A stretch of 63,991 bases of DNA, counting the filler, from Stramenopiles sp. TOSAG23-2 (lineage: Eukaryota), in the NCBI GenBank assembly GCA_900128395.1. It is 3 parts of 3 records of this genome, joined end to end, with 100 filler letters (N's around TTAATTAATTAA, not from the genome) between each part and the next. Parts side by side here need not be neighbours in the genome. Positions count along the whole stretch, not along the records: positions 23,125 to 46,074 come from LT649498.1; positions 46,175 to 63,991 come from LT649623.1; 1 more part is not named here. One strand, given 5' to 3'. Under the pieces are notes generated by a model, which was given only the letters and a program-made list of their open reading frames with translations, was not told the origin of the DNA and did not search any database. Both the position numbers and the translations under genes were made by a program. The number at the start of each line of letters is the position of its first letter. The first letter of the stretch is position 1. Below, one piece after another: positions 42,901-53,112 of this stretch.

Positions 42901-44112
42901 GAAGGTATGCAAGCCGTATTAGCTAGTGATTATGCTGTAGGGCAATTTCGCTTTTTAAAACGTTTAACATTAGTACATGGAAGAGAAAATTACCGTCGTG
43001 CATCAACGTTAGTGAACTATATGTTTTACAAAAACGTATTGTTGTGCATTGTACCATTTTTGTATAAAATTATTAATGGTACTACAGAAGATGGCGTGAA
43101 TCGTTGGGTTGGTGTTAGTTTCTTCAATGTTTTTCAAACTGGAATGCCAGTATTCTATTTAGCGTGTTATGATCGTATGTGCAATGATGATAGTGCAATA
43201 TTGTTTCCAAGGTTATATAAACCTGGTCCAGCAAAAGAGCATTTTAATAGTATGGTATTTTTACGATGGATTACTGAATCAATGGTGCACGGTATGGTTT
43301 GTTTCGTGATAGCCCTTCATTGCTTTCCACTTTCCGATGTGCTTACTAACGTCAATGGTATGTTGATGGCGTGGTTCTTAGCAACTGTGTGCAATGTACG
43401 GGTTGGATTTGAATACGTCCGTGTTTACACGAAATCATTTCTTTATCCGCCAAATACACTTATTATAGTGACATTGAGTTTACTGGCGTTCCCAGTTTTG
43501 TTCCTGCTATATACGCTCCAACTTGTCTTTGAATTTGGTGTGCCAGACGATGCAGCAAGATTTTATGGAACCGCAGTAAATACATATAATGGCCATCTAC
43601 CTTTGAGTTCATGGGGAGTATGGCTTGGACTTTTGTTTGTAGGATTATTGACAGCACTGCCATCAATTCTTGTTGGTGGATTCAAACGAAGATTTAAACC
43701 AACATTTTTACATCTCGTGAACGAGTATGAAAAAGTATTAGAAAGTGGAAAAGATCCAGAAGATGCTGAGAAGAAGAAACAATTTTTAATTGATCTTGAT
43801 GCTAAGTTATGGAAAGAAGAATGTGGTGGTGATGAAGTTGAAACTTTGATCCGTAAAGCATCAACAATGGATAGGCGTACATCTATGGACCTAGCAATGA
43901 AAAGGGATGGGAATGGACATAGTCACAGTGAGTGGGAACTACAGCATACTGGAGAAAACTTTGGACATGATGATGAAACGGCTGCTCTTGAGGCAAAATT
44001 AGCAAGGAAACATATCAGAGTGGCGACATTAACGGATTTGTCGAAATTTGCGAATAAAATCAAACAGAGCTTATCAGTGCATCATGGAAGGCCAAAATCT
44101 GGGTCTTCATAA
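39940..44112 (+). CDS. P4-type ATPase (phospholipid flippase)
   Basis: LDGETNLK, FSDKTGTLTQN, SSPDEQALV, IEDKLQ, WVLTGDK and IGDGANDV. First ATG is at 39940. Confidence 0.95.
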   Translation: MSGKAPTSTKHVLLTSSSRSNSDIESGTTNKAQEEEQQASLQSSGSNKKPPRKKSIFASEREKCIPLQIIGQESSPPKTFAPNVIVTSKFTIFNLIPLFLLEQFSRVANVYFLVVSILEMNCFNTDTELFDISLTNGSSSNLPILCMVLFIELITQVLEDRKKHIADATANAKPSRWFNPATNKLEDVKWRDLKVGDLIQVKQGEEFPCDLLLLCGKTKKGGGCQQAYVETKSLDGETNLKLRLSPTELYNIFQQDGKKIEEAGEEAQFEPRTETLEKIKGSFLSCDDPRDDNTSKSIHTFLGNMDISKTGLSSGLGTFPVNEKNVLLRECRLKNTEYVFGLVINTGPDTKVMKSTTESKGKVSDLDRTLNTVLKLFLGIMGVLCFIGAIIAVAQNDSRNKFLAYVEKNNESEQSGTKAFFESFFLYFIGIAQMIPIALYVQLRLARMIQSVLIEWDENMVHIIPPQFSLSGNEEKILTKVRTADLNDELGQVGFIFSDKTGTLTQNIMDFRKMSVAGVRYGKGTTMIGIAALEKDGKMEEAKALKAELIEQENRPDKIPYCSYFDSSERSAYKDIGPKATNKVQKEKIEEFFRVLALCHNVEVEHRGTGLFYSSSSPDEQALVAGAKHFGFLYEDQKQMVDPNTGRKGAFRLIRRAPPVAFDKMPLAEALGKKTPVERWQILEIMEFTSKRKRMSVVVESKGKIKVLIKGADSVVFKRLKASERQTKLFTQTKQDLLAFANDGLRTLAVAYRVVPRAEFIKWKKEFDKVLNDDEQQALKKKQLPNKIDDKMGELERDLILLGATAIEDKLQVGVPDTIADMAKAGINLWVLTGDKEETAINIGFACQLLNTDMPRCIIRGMKVDSNGSRVKTTEEILIELEQALVNLQTRTHRGDLRQQALVIDGQALEIALDDSNPGEPIYEALLNYSTKCKAVIGCRVSPMQKSLMVKLVKDNSPGVKTLSIGDGANDVPMIQQAHIGIGIAGQEGMQAVLASDYAVGQFRFLKRLTLVHGRENYRRASTLVNYMFYKNVLLCIVPFLYKIINGTTEDGVNRWVGVSFFNVFQTGMPVFYLACYDRMCNDDSAILFPRLYKPGPAKEHFNSMVFLRWITESMVHGMVCFVIALHCFPLSDVLTNVNGMLMAWFLATVCNVRVGFEYVRVYTKSFLYPPNTLIIVTLSLLAFPVLFLLYTLQLVFEFGVPDDAARFYGTAVNTYNGHLPLSSWGVWLGLLFVGLLTALPSILVGGFKRRFKPTFLHLVNEYEKVLESGKDPEDAEKKKQFLIDLDAKLWKEECGGDEVETLIRKASTMDRRTSMDLAMKRDGNGHSHSEWELQHTGENFGHDDETAALEAKLARKHIRVATLTDLSKFANKIKQSLSVHHGRPKSGSS

Positions 44113-44405
44113 ATTTTCCACGGCGGTACGTATACGGTTTGTAGAGTACTCACGAAATACGTACGAAGCGTATGATATCTGTGTACAATCAGATACGAAG
44201 CGTACATTATTAAAAAAAATATTTTAAAAATTTTGAAAAATTATATGACTACGATGTGGTACGAATTAATTATTTATTACGTGTGTGTATGATGCATATT
44301 AAATATTGAATATGGTTAAAATCTAAGAGTTTAAATAATAATTTTTACTTCCCGTGCTACGTAATATGCTCAATACATTATTAATATATATTTAATATAT
44401 ATATA

Positions 44406-44440
<35 letters not shown>

Positions 44441-44586
44441 TTATAATCTCATTGAATTATATATGTATATATAATACGAAGCGTATGAATAAGTACATCA
44501 TATACTCTCTCTTGACATTAGTAAATTATGATATGTAAAGATAAATGTAAAAAAAATAAAAAAGCCCTTTCTTTTCTTTTCTTTTT

Positions 44587-45635
44587 TTACAATTTCGATT
44601 TCTTTTTACCATAATCTGCAGGTGGCATCAATTCACCACCTGGTAAAGCATGAATTTCTTCTCCAAGATGCTTTAAAAAATATGGATATTTCTTTTTAAA
44701 TGATTCTGATGCACCAGCAACTTTTTTCATTACTGGTGGCATCTCACCATTAGGAAAATTGTAGTTCATCACCAATTTGTTCACATGTCCTTTCACTTGA
44801 TTTTTAATTGACATGTATACTAATCGTCCACGTGGACCTTTTGCAAGCCTGCTTTCCTTAACAGCAAATTTATATGCTTCATCAACAATATTTTCTAACG
44901 AGGTTGTTTCAATTACGAAGCCTTCTTTTTTCGCCTCCTCCCCACTCCATCTGTGAGCGCCCATGACTGTTTTATGCCAAGCTCTGTGGAGCGTAGCGTA
45001 TGAGTGAGTGATGTGTTAGAAAGGATATCCTTTTTAGGTTTAGGGGAATAGAATTTTACTTACGGCTTTGACATTATGTGTCCAAACATTGCCATTTCAG
45101 GCTCAGGAATACCGACACCAATTTCAACTTCCACGGCACATTGGTAGCCACGATCTTCACGTTGAAAACGGTAATCATGGCAAGAGGTGTACATCATACC
45201 TGCACCAAATGCATGGCCATTGATTGCAGCAACAGTTGGAATAGGTAGTTGCAATGGACGAGCAAAGGCAGGCATACCCAAACCAGCTTGTTCTGCCATT
45301 TCAATTTTTGACATCCTTGGCAAAGTAAGTTTTTTGGAATAAGCACCGGTAGGATCAATACCATTAGAAAAGAATTTCTCCGATTCACTTATTGACAAAA
45401 GAGCAGCTGGCGTATCACCTGCTTCTTCCTCAAGGTGCTTCTCAACCCCGTCAAATGCTTTCATCATAGCGGCATTGAAAGCTGGTATCCATCTGTTCTC
45501 CGGGTTAGCTTCAGCTTTCATACGTAAAATATAAACACCATGTTCAGTTCTTGATAATGATACCCAACCTGGTGTGCAACCATATGGAATTAATTTCTCA
45601 CCTGGTAATAATTTTTTCAATGTAGTAGACGACAT
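44587..45635 (-). CDS. Peroxisomal enoyl-CoA hydratase/isomerase (crotonase fold), two exons
   Basis: KFFSNGID and PTVAAINGHAFGAG. An 80-bp intron 44984-45063 (GTAAGT...CTAAC...CAG) joins the two ORFs in frame. C-terminal SKL is a PTS1 signal. Confidence 0.88.
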
Positions 45636-46074
45636 ATTGTAAATTATATATTTATTCAATGAATTGTTTAATGAATTTTATTTGGTTGATATATGTATAT
45701 TTAAAATGGCCACAGTTGTCTATATATCATATGTAATATTTAATGATGTATCATTTAACAAAAAAATAGAGTATACTGTAAAATGTAAAATGATGATTAG
45801 ACACACACAAATTCCGGCATATTATTTATGTTGTTACCAGTACAGTACAGTACGCCTCGTATTACACACGTGCACATACGTGTAGACTATTAGATGATCT
45901 ACTCTTGTACCGGTGTACATCAGTATTTTGTTTGCCAAGCGTATATAAATACTGTGTACTAGTACAGAATCCAGAACAGAGTGTGGTAGCTACCTGGTAG
46001 CATCTCCTCGTAGAGAGGATAGTTGCTACTTGATAGAAATATAATTAAATACACTACACGTATAACAAAATTCA

Positions 46075-46174
46075 NNNNNNNNNNNNNNNNNNNNNNNNNN
46101 NNNNNNNNNNNNNNNNNNTTAATTAATTAANNNNNNNNNNNNNNNNNNNNNNNNNNNNNNNNNNNNNNNNNNNN
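46075..46174. other. Artificial contig linker (N44-TTAATTAATTAA-N44)
   Basis: Same structure as 23025-23124. Confidence 0.97.
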
Positions 46175-46940
46175 GATCATCTCGATCAATCCCTTGATAT
46201 ATTTCCCGAAAAACGAAAAGCTTCTCATTAATTGATGATGGATCCAACGTCCTTGAATTGTTAACAGGCCTCCTCATTTGTCTTTTTGAATCACCTCTAG
46301 CAGAAGTATTTGGACTTCTTACGGATGATTCCTGGATTTCACTTAAAAGTCGTTTTAATGATTTATCCAATTCGTCCCTATTTGTAAGTAATCCAGGTGT
46401 CCAATAACGACTGTATGATAATTGTCGAAACGGTCTCTTCGTCTTTGGATTCATCAGCAATTGAAGCAGGCTGTAATACCTTGGATTTTGACAAACAAAT
46501 AAGGCCCGCCCACCATCTTTAATGAAACTTTTAAAGAATTTTGTAAAAGTAAATAAACTATTTGTCGTTTCTTCCAAGTCAATAATTAATTGATTATTAT
46601 TAATGATCCGGTTTGAAAAATGATTTAAAACTTTTTCATTTATATGTTTAGTTGATACTTTTTGCGTATTTAAAAACACATATGTACGAATAAGCTTTTC
46701 ATTCGCTGCTGTGCTATTATTTGTGGAGAAAAACTTCGCGCTTGAGCAGTTGCTATTACTCTTACTATTATTTATACTATTATCATATTTATATTGACAC
46801 CTCCATGAAAGTGCTGAAGATGACGATATTATATGTTTACCATAATAATTATGTGGTTGATGAAACAACTTACGGAATCCATTTTTCCCCGTCTTCCCTG
46901 CCACCACAGGCCTCAACGTTGACGTAATCATTCGCTTCAT
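46175..46940 (-). CDS. Mitochondrial ribosomal protein uS2m-like with N-terminal presequence, 3'-truncated by the contig end
   Basis: IIDLEET, ALFV and YWTPGLLTN match uS2 motifs. The N-terminus is Arg/Ser-rich and poor in acidic residues. Confidence 0.65.
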
Positions 46941-47302
46941 TGGTACTACTGTATATCAATATATTTTATTAATTGCAACCACTATGTTAATGTATATGCA
47001 TACATTCACACATATCTTGTTTAATTCATTGTATATATATAAAAGATGTTAAATTCATTATTATATTTGTTCGATTTTATATTTCTTCTTCGTAACTTTT
47101 AGGACGTAATAGGACGTAGTAGTGTTAAGTATAAAATATAAAATATATATAGGCTGTTAGCCTGCCCAGCCAGTGGGCCAGCTGGCCAGGATCAGAATTG
47201 AATGGGCGTACGCAGCGTCACCGTAATTCTATAGTAATAGCATATTACCTGGTTATAGCGTTCTAGCTGCTTAGAGGCTGTGGTTAGCCAGTTATCACCT
47301 TA

Positions 47303-47435
47303 AAATATTAAGTATGAATTGTGGTATACTAACATTCCTATCAATGTGATTTTTGGTTTTTGTCACCTCCTTTTTTTTTGAAATATTAAGTATGAATTGT
47401 GGTATACTAACATTCCTATCAATGTGATTTTTGGT
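47303..47435. repeat. 55-bp exact direct repeat x2 with a 23-bp spacer
   Basis: 47303-47357 is identical to 47381-47435. Confidence 0.9.
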
Positions 47436-47772
47436 CAAATAGGAATACTACATTAGTATACAAAATTCATACTTATAATATTTTAAAAAAAGTATGACAC
47501 CTTTTGATTTTTTTTTCTCCTTGCGTAAGAATACATCATGTAATTCTTCATACATAATATAAATATGTGTGGTGGGATAGAAATCTATGAAAAGAAATAT
47601 TATAGATAAATACATATTCATATTGAGAAATTTATCGGTGTGATAGATTGTATTTCTATTATTATTATTATTATTATTATTAGAGACGACGTGAATATAT
47701 ATATATATATATATACATATAAAGAGTTGTTGTTGTTGTTGTTGTGTTGTTATTATTTTAATTATTGTAAAA

Positions 47773-48009
47773 ATGAGTAAACATACAGGACCAGATTTAA
47801 AAAAATATATGGAAAAAAATGTAGCTGTCAAAATTAATGGAAATAGGAAAATAAAAGGAACGTTAAGAGGTTATGACCAATTTATGAATTTAGTTTTAGA
47901 TAATGCTAGTGAAGATGCTGAGAATGCGAAAAATATAGGTATGATTGTTATACGTGGTAATAGTGTTGTACAAGTGGAAGTAATACCTTGGGTTGACCAA
48001 GGTTCTTGA
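47773..48009 (+). CDS. SNRPG: Small nuclear ribonucleoprotein G (SmG)
   Basis: PDLKKYMEK, GTLRGYDQFMNLVLD and IGMIVIRGNSV. Confidence 0.92.
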   Translation: MSKHTGPDLKKYMEKNVAVKINGNRKIKGTLRGYDQFMNLVLDNASEDAENAKNIGMIVIRGNSVVQVEVIPWVDQGS

Positions 48010-48301
48010 ATGTAGCATATAATATATACAGATACTAATTAATACGTTCGTAATGATACATGTACGAGTATATATAATACTTCGTCGTATCATATATTGT
48101 GTGTGACAAAAAATATTTATTTTTGAGAGATAATTTATATATAGATATATACGTAAAATATGAAAATTACTAAAATTACTAATATATATTTTAATATTCG
48201 TATGTGTTTGTAAAAATATAATCCCCCCCCCCCCCCCTGCTATTATTATTTTTTATAAATTGTACATACAATATCATATTTTTTGATACTGTATTTAATA
48301 T

Positions 48302-50869
48302 TTACCTGGAGTATTTTTTTAAAACATCTTTCTTTTCCTTTTCACTTTTTGCATCACTCCATGCTTCATACATTTCTCTCAATTCCAACATTAAAAACGG
48401 AAATACTGAAATCAAAGGTCCTAGTACAATGCCTCCTAAGCCAAATTGTAAGCCACCAAATATTGACCAAGGTACAATAGTTAAAATAGTATTTCGATTA
48501 TCTTGTTGATATAATAAATGCTTTTCCAATGCATGAACGCTTATTGGATAGATAAATCTAAATACGAACACAAGTGACAATACAAGAAATTTCCAAAAAT
48601 CAGATTCTTTATTACCTGGATGTAAAAATATTTCGATAATTGGAAACAACATCATTAATGAACCAAAAATATCACCAAAAATACTTAATATACCGGCAAT
48701 TATAGATATAGTGAACGAAAAACTTGCCCCAGTTAAATACATAGGAAGCCATGTCAACAAAGCATTTTCTAATACAATTCGTAATAATGTTTGAAAAACG
48801 CCATTAATATAAGATCTTGAAATTGCTGATATGCAATCGATTAATGGTTTACTTTCTTCCTTTGTCATGAAAGATTTTAAAACCCATTTCACAGGATCTC
48901 TATGTTTATCATCGGATGTATTTGAAATTAATAATATTAACACATTTGAAAATATTATGCTGTCCAAAGTCCACATAAAGAAGAAATAGACTGTATCGAA
49001 AATAACCGAAACAAACGTCAATGCTTTGCCAAAACTAGCTTCAAGAATCTTCTTCCCTTGATCATATAAAACATCCGGATCAATATCCATTGTTGACTCT
49101 GTTATATTTCGTAAATATTTAAATCCGCTTTTTGTGCAATTTTTCACTTGCCCATAACACATATTGATTGAAGAGAAAGAAAAATTGGTAAATGATAAAA
49201 CATTTTGCGTTACATTTGCACAACCTTCATTTAATATTGGCATACAGTCACGTCTCATTTCATATACTGGTGTTATAATGCAATTATTTGGACTATTATA
49301 TACTATCGTTTTTTCTCTTTCCATTCCTTGATGTAATGTACAAATATTATTTGATAAAGTACCATCATTATTTCTTGTATCTCGTTGCTGGTCTATTATT
49401 AAATTTTTCACTTCTCGAAGTCTTACTACTATTGGGTTATCCTTCGTAGCTTTCTCAACATACTTCAATAAATCCATTTTTCCATGAATAAGGACTTTAT
49501 TGATACATATGTCTTTTAATAACAATGTTTTATTAATATCGCTAATATTACTCGACTCTTCTTTTTCTTCATAAATATGTATTCTAATTCCAAAATATGT
49601 ACTTGCAGCTGCATCGTTGTTCACTTTGACCCACTTTCCATGATCTTCCTCATCGTCTCGCACTAATCCTTCACTTTCCCATATCCATTTACGAGATGAA
49701 ACACCATCATTCAAACATGCATTTACACGGATATTATCAATAACATATGCATCTTCAAATTCCCAGGCTATAGTAAGTTTTTTTGCATCAATATCTTTCA
49801 ATATCATATTGCCAGCATCTTTTTTCCGCCTTAAAAATTTACGGAAATTTACTAATTGATAATTATCTTCTGGATATACCATCATATTTCCATGAATTCC
49901 TCCTGATGACAATAAAATCGGATGTGCCAATACCTCAGAATCAATTTCCGGAACATACTGGATTAATTTTCGTTGAACATTTTGTAGTAATCCATACATT
50001 TCTAATGGTATTGCAAAAACGCATACAAATGCCCCGATACAAAACGTAATCATCAAAATACAAATTAACAATATTGATGCCATTCTACTCTTAATAAATT
50101 TGCTATATAAAATTGTTCTAAAACAGCATTTAAATGGGTAAAACAAAGATGAAAAAATGATCAATGAAAAAATAATAGGATCGCTTGGTAAATATTCTAG
50201 GAATGTACGAGTTGATGGTGATAACTTTCGAAGGAACCACGAGGTTATACTTAATATCGTCCATATGACAAAAAATATACCAATGATGGCAACAAAAATG
50301 AAAGAAACAATTATCATGTTTTGCTTACCAACAATCGTATAAATGAAAATACCAAAAGTAGCAAGTAAACAATATCGAAGACGTGAAAATTTGAAGATTC
50401 TAATACCACCAAAAGCATCACTATCATCTGCATCTTCATAATCTTCCACTTCGTCATCTAATAAAGACTTTTTCAACTGGTCCTTTAAAGCATTTATTGG
50501 TACGGAGCATAAAAACGCCCACATCACAGGTTCTTTGTATGCACTGAAAATAGCAAGGTGTACATACATGGCATGATAAAAAAAGTAAAACAAAGCACCA
50601 GCTAGTAAAAGTGCATACACCTGTGTTTTCAATTCTCCTTTGTTCTCTTCAATACCACGCATAATTGCTCCTGTAAAAGATAATCTACGAGGTCTAGAAG
50701 CACTATCAGGAGGAGCTAAATGGTCGATGTTATTGTACTTTTCAGGTTGTTTATCAGCATCATGAAAAGATTCTAATCTTCTAATTAGAATATCTTTTTT
50801 ACCAGTAGTTTTTAAACCGTGCTTTTTTAATTCAGCCTTTAATTCTGAAACCTTTAATTTTGCAAACAT
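48302..50869 (-). CDS. SAP domain plus TMEM245/AI-2E-like multi-pass membrane protein
   Basis: N-terminal LKVSELKAELKKHGLKTTGKKDILIRRL, then PVMWAFLCS, and C-terminal GGLQFGLGGIVLGPLI. Confidence 0.7.
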   Translation of the reverse strand: MFAKLKVSELKAELKKHGLKTTGKKDILIRRLESFHDADKQPEKYNNIDHLAPPDSASRPRRLSFTGAIMRGIEENKGELKTQVYALLLAGALFYFFYHAMYVHLAIFSAYKEPVMWAFLCSVPINALKDQLKKSLLDDEVEDYEDADDSDAFGGIRIFKFSRLRYCLLATFGIFIYTIVGKQNMIIVSFIFVAIIGIFFVIWTILSITSWFLRKLSPSTRTFLEYLPSDPIIFSLIIFSSLFYPFKCCFRTILYSKFIKSRMASILLICILMITFCIGAFVCVFAIPLEMYGLLQNVQRKLIQYVPEIDSEVLAHPILLSSGGIHGNMMVYPEDNYQLVNFRKFLRRKKDAGNMILKDIDAKKLTIAWEFEDAYVIDNIRVNACLNDGVSSRKWIWESEGLVRDDEEDHGKWVKVNNDAAASTYFGIRIHIYEEKEESSNISDINKTLLLKDICINKVLIHGKMDLLKYVEKATKDNPIVVRLREVKNLIIDQQRDTRNNDGTLSNNICTLHQGMEREKTIVYNSPNNCIITPVYEMRRDCMPILNEGCANVTQNVLSFTNFSFSSINMCYGQVKNCTKSGFKYLRNITESTMDIDPDVLYDQGKKILEASFGKALTFVSVIFDTVYFFFMWTLDSIIFSNVLILLISNTSDDKHRDPVKWVLKSFMTKEESKPLIDCISAISRSYINGVFQTLLRIVLENALLTWLPMYLTGASFSFTISIIAGILSIFGDIFGSLMMLFPIIEIFLHPGNKESDFWKFLVLSLVFVFRFIYPISVHALEKHLLYQQDNRNTILTIVPWSIFGGLQFGLGGIVLGPLISVFPFLMLELREMYEAWSDAKSEKEKKDVLKKYSR

Positions 50870-51582
50870 TTATTTTTTTGTAGTTTTGTAAGTTTTTTTT
50901 GATTTGTTTTTCTTTTAGATTATAGATTTGATAAGATTTTTAACATGAGCATGAGTTACCATGAGTCATTCTCCATGTTGATTCATCTGATACACTTCGC
51001 TTATTAACATCATATTTAGTTGCTTTCCGTACTACTACTGGTATAGTAATGTGCTAATAAAATAATTGAAAATTTTTCTTCTCGAGGATTAAAAAAACGT
51101 ACCTGGTATAGACTAGTAAATACTATTATAATAAAATAGCCACCATAATAATACAAATTATTTTACAAAATGGCACCCAATGACAACAGCATACCTGGCA
51201 TAATAACAGCATTTTCGAACTTTTTTATACTACAAGTATTATAATACTATTAGTTGAAGATGATATTACCATGCTGCCATCATTATTGATTATTGATGTT
51301 AACGTAAACACTTAGTATACCGTACCGCTATTTTGTATATTACTATTCTATCATTAGTACTATTAATGCTATAATAATAATTATAACATAATATAAACAG
51401 CTTCATTTAGTTGTTGTTAGTTTTATTTAAATATTATTATACATAAACTTCCTATTGACATTTATATCGACCTTTAACATGTATGTATGTGTACATTTGT
51501 ATTAATACCTCACAATTTTTATCAAGTGATCTTATTCATATCATATTGACAAAAATAATTGTAAAATAAAGTCTACACAAGT

Positions 51583-52889
51583 ATGGGTATAGTATACTCA
51601 ATGTGTTGTCTGTCTGAAGTAGAACGTAAATATGACGCTATGGTAACTAAAAATTGGAAGAAATATAAACCACTATTTCAATGTTTAGGATTTGACCAAC
51701 ATTCTGGTATGGAATTAATTAAAACTTTTTATAGATTGGATAACGACGGGAGCAGAAGTGTTGATTTTGATGAATTTGCGAAGTTTTTTGATGTTGATAA
51801 TACACACTTCTCTAGAAAATGTTTTATGTTAATGGATACCACGGGTAGTGGTGAAATTAATTTTGCCCAGTTTGTTGTGGCTTGTTGGAACTATTGTACA
51901 TATGATAAAAACGGTTTAACTGGATTTGCATTCAAGTTATATGATACTTCTGGTATAGGACAAATACCAATGGATGATATTTTTAAATTAGTTGATGACG
52001 TTTACGATTTAGATAAAGGTATGCAAACGTGGGATTATTCAGGAACTATAAATGTTGTTAAAAATTCCCCAGAGTATATTATTGGGCAAGCTAAACGCCA
52101 AATAGCAAGAGCTTGCGGTTCTGATAAACAAATGAATATATTAGAATTTTTAATGTTTGCTAAAACACATCCATCCATACTTAAATCAGCTTTTGAGATT
52201 CAAATTAGGTTACAAAAAAAAATATTAGGGGAAAAGTATTGGAATAACATGACTACTAAAAGGCGAAGATTAGAAAAAGTAAATGGTGTCAAAGGTGTTA
52301 ATTTTCTAGAATTTGAAGAAGTAATGAGTTGGTTAGGTGAATCTGTACCTAATTTATTACCTTCTTTTAAGACAAAGAAAGATCCACATGAAAAAGAAAG
52401 GAAAAAAGTCCAGCATAGTTTTAGCACTGGAAAAGGCAAGAAGGGCAAAAGTGGTGGTAGATATACTGTAAAAGATGGAAAAGCGAAAGGTGGTAAAAGC
52501 AAATTGACTAGAAAATCTAGTGTAGAGAAAATTCAAGCATGGGCAAGAAACATAAAAAAAAAACGAAAAGTAAGTAAATGTCACATTACCCTTATACAAC
52601 TATAGTGGTAAATATCTTCTCTAACAAATCGCTAATTTATGTGCTACACTACTCCATATAGCATCGGGAACATCGACATGGTAGCAGCAAAGATGATCCT
52701 AAAAAATATAATAGCAAAAAAGATAAGAAAAGCAAACGTAGTAGTAAACACCCCACATTAGAATCAGAACCCGAGCAAAATGCACTTGTTAGAAAAAATA
52801 GCGCAACCAAAATTCAATCAGCAATGAGGGGATATAAGGAAAGAAAAAAACGCGAGAGAGATAGAAAGAAAAGATCTATTGGTCGCTAA
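51583..52889 (+). CDS. Calcineurin-B-like EF-hand protein with basic tail and IQ motif, two exons
   Basis: EF-hands DNDGSRSVDFDEF, DTTGSGEINFAQF and DTSGIGQI. Phase-0 intron 52570-52661 (GTAAGT...CTAAC...TAG); exon 2 encodes KIQSAMRGYKERK. MGxxxSMCC is an acylation-like N-terminus. Confidence 0.8.
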
Positions 52890-53112
52890 GTGAATTTTAA
52901 AACCACACACAAAATACGAAATTATTACAAGAAAAAATATCAGTAGAGCAGCAGTAAATATACGTATAATGTGATGTGCATCTTACAAAAAATATTATAT
53001 TTTACAACGACACACACTACTAATACCGTTTACATTAAAATGTACAGGGTGTACGAATATAGACGCACACTCGCTCTCTCTCCTTTTGCAATTTTACGGT
53101 TTTACAATTTTT

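Noticed and set aside
47303-47435. Two 55-bp direct repeats with a spacer, superficially CRISPR-like
   Set aside because: Only two units, a eukaryotic context and no cas genes. The length equals the other 55-bp features, which points to a k-mer assembly artefact or a simple duplication.
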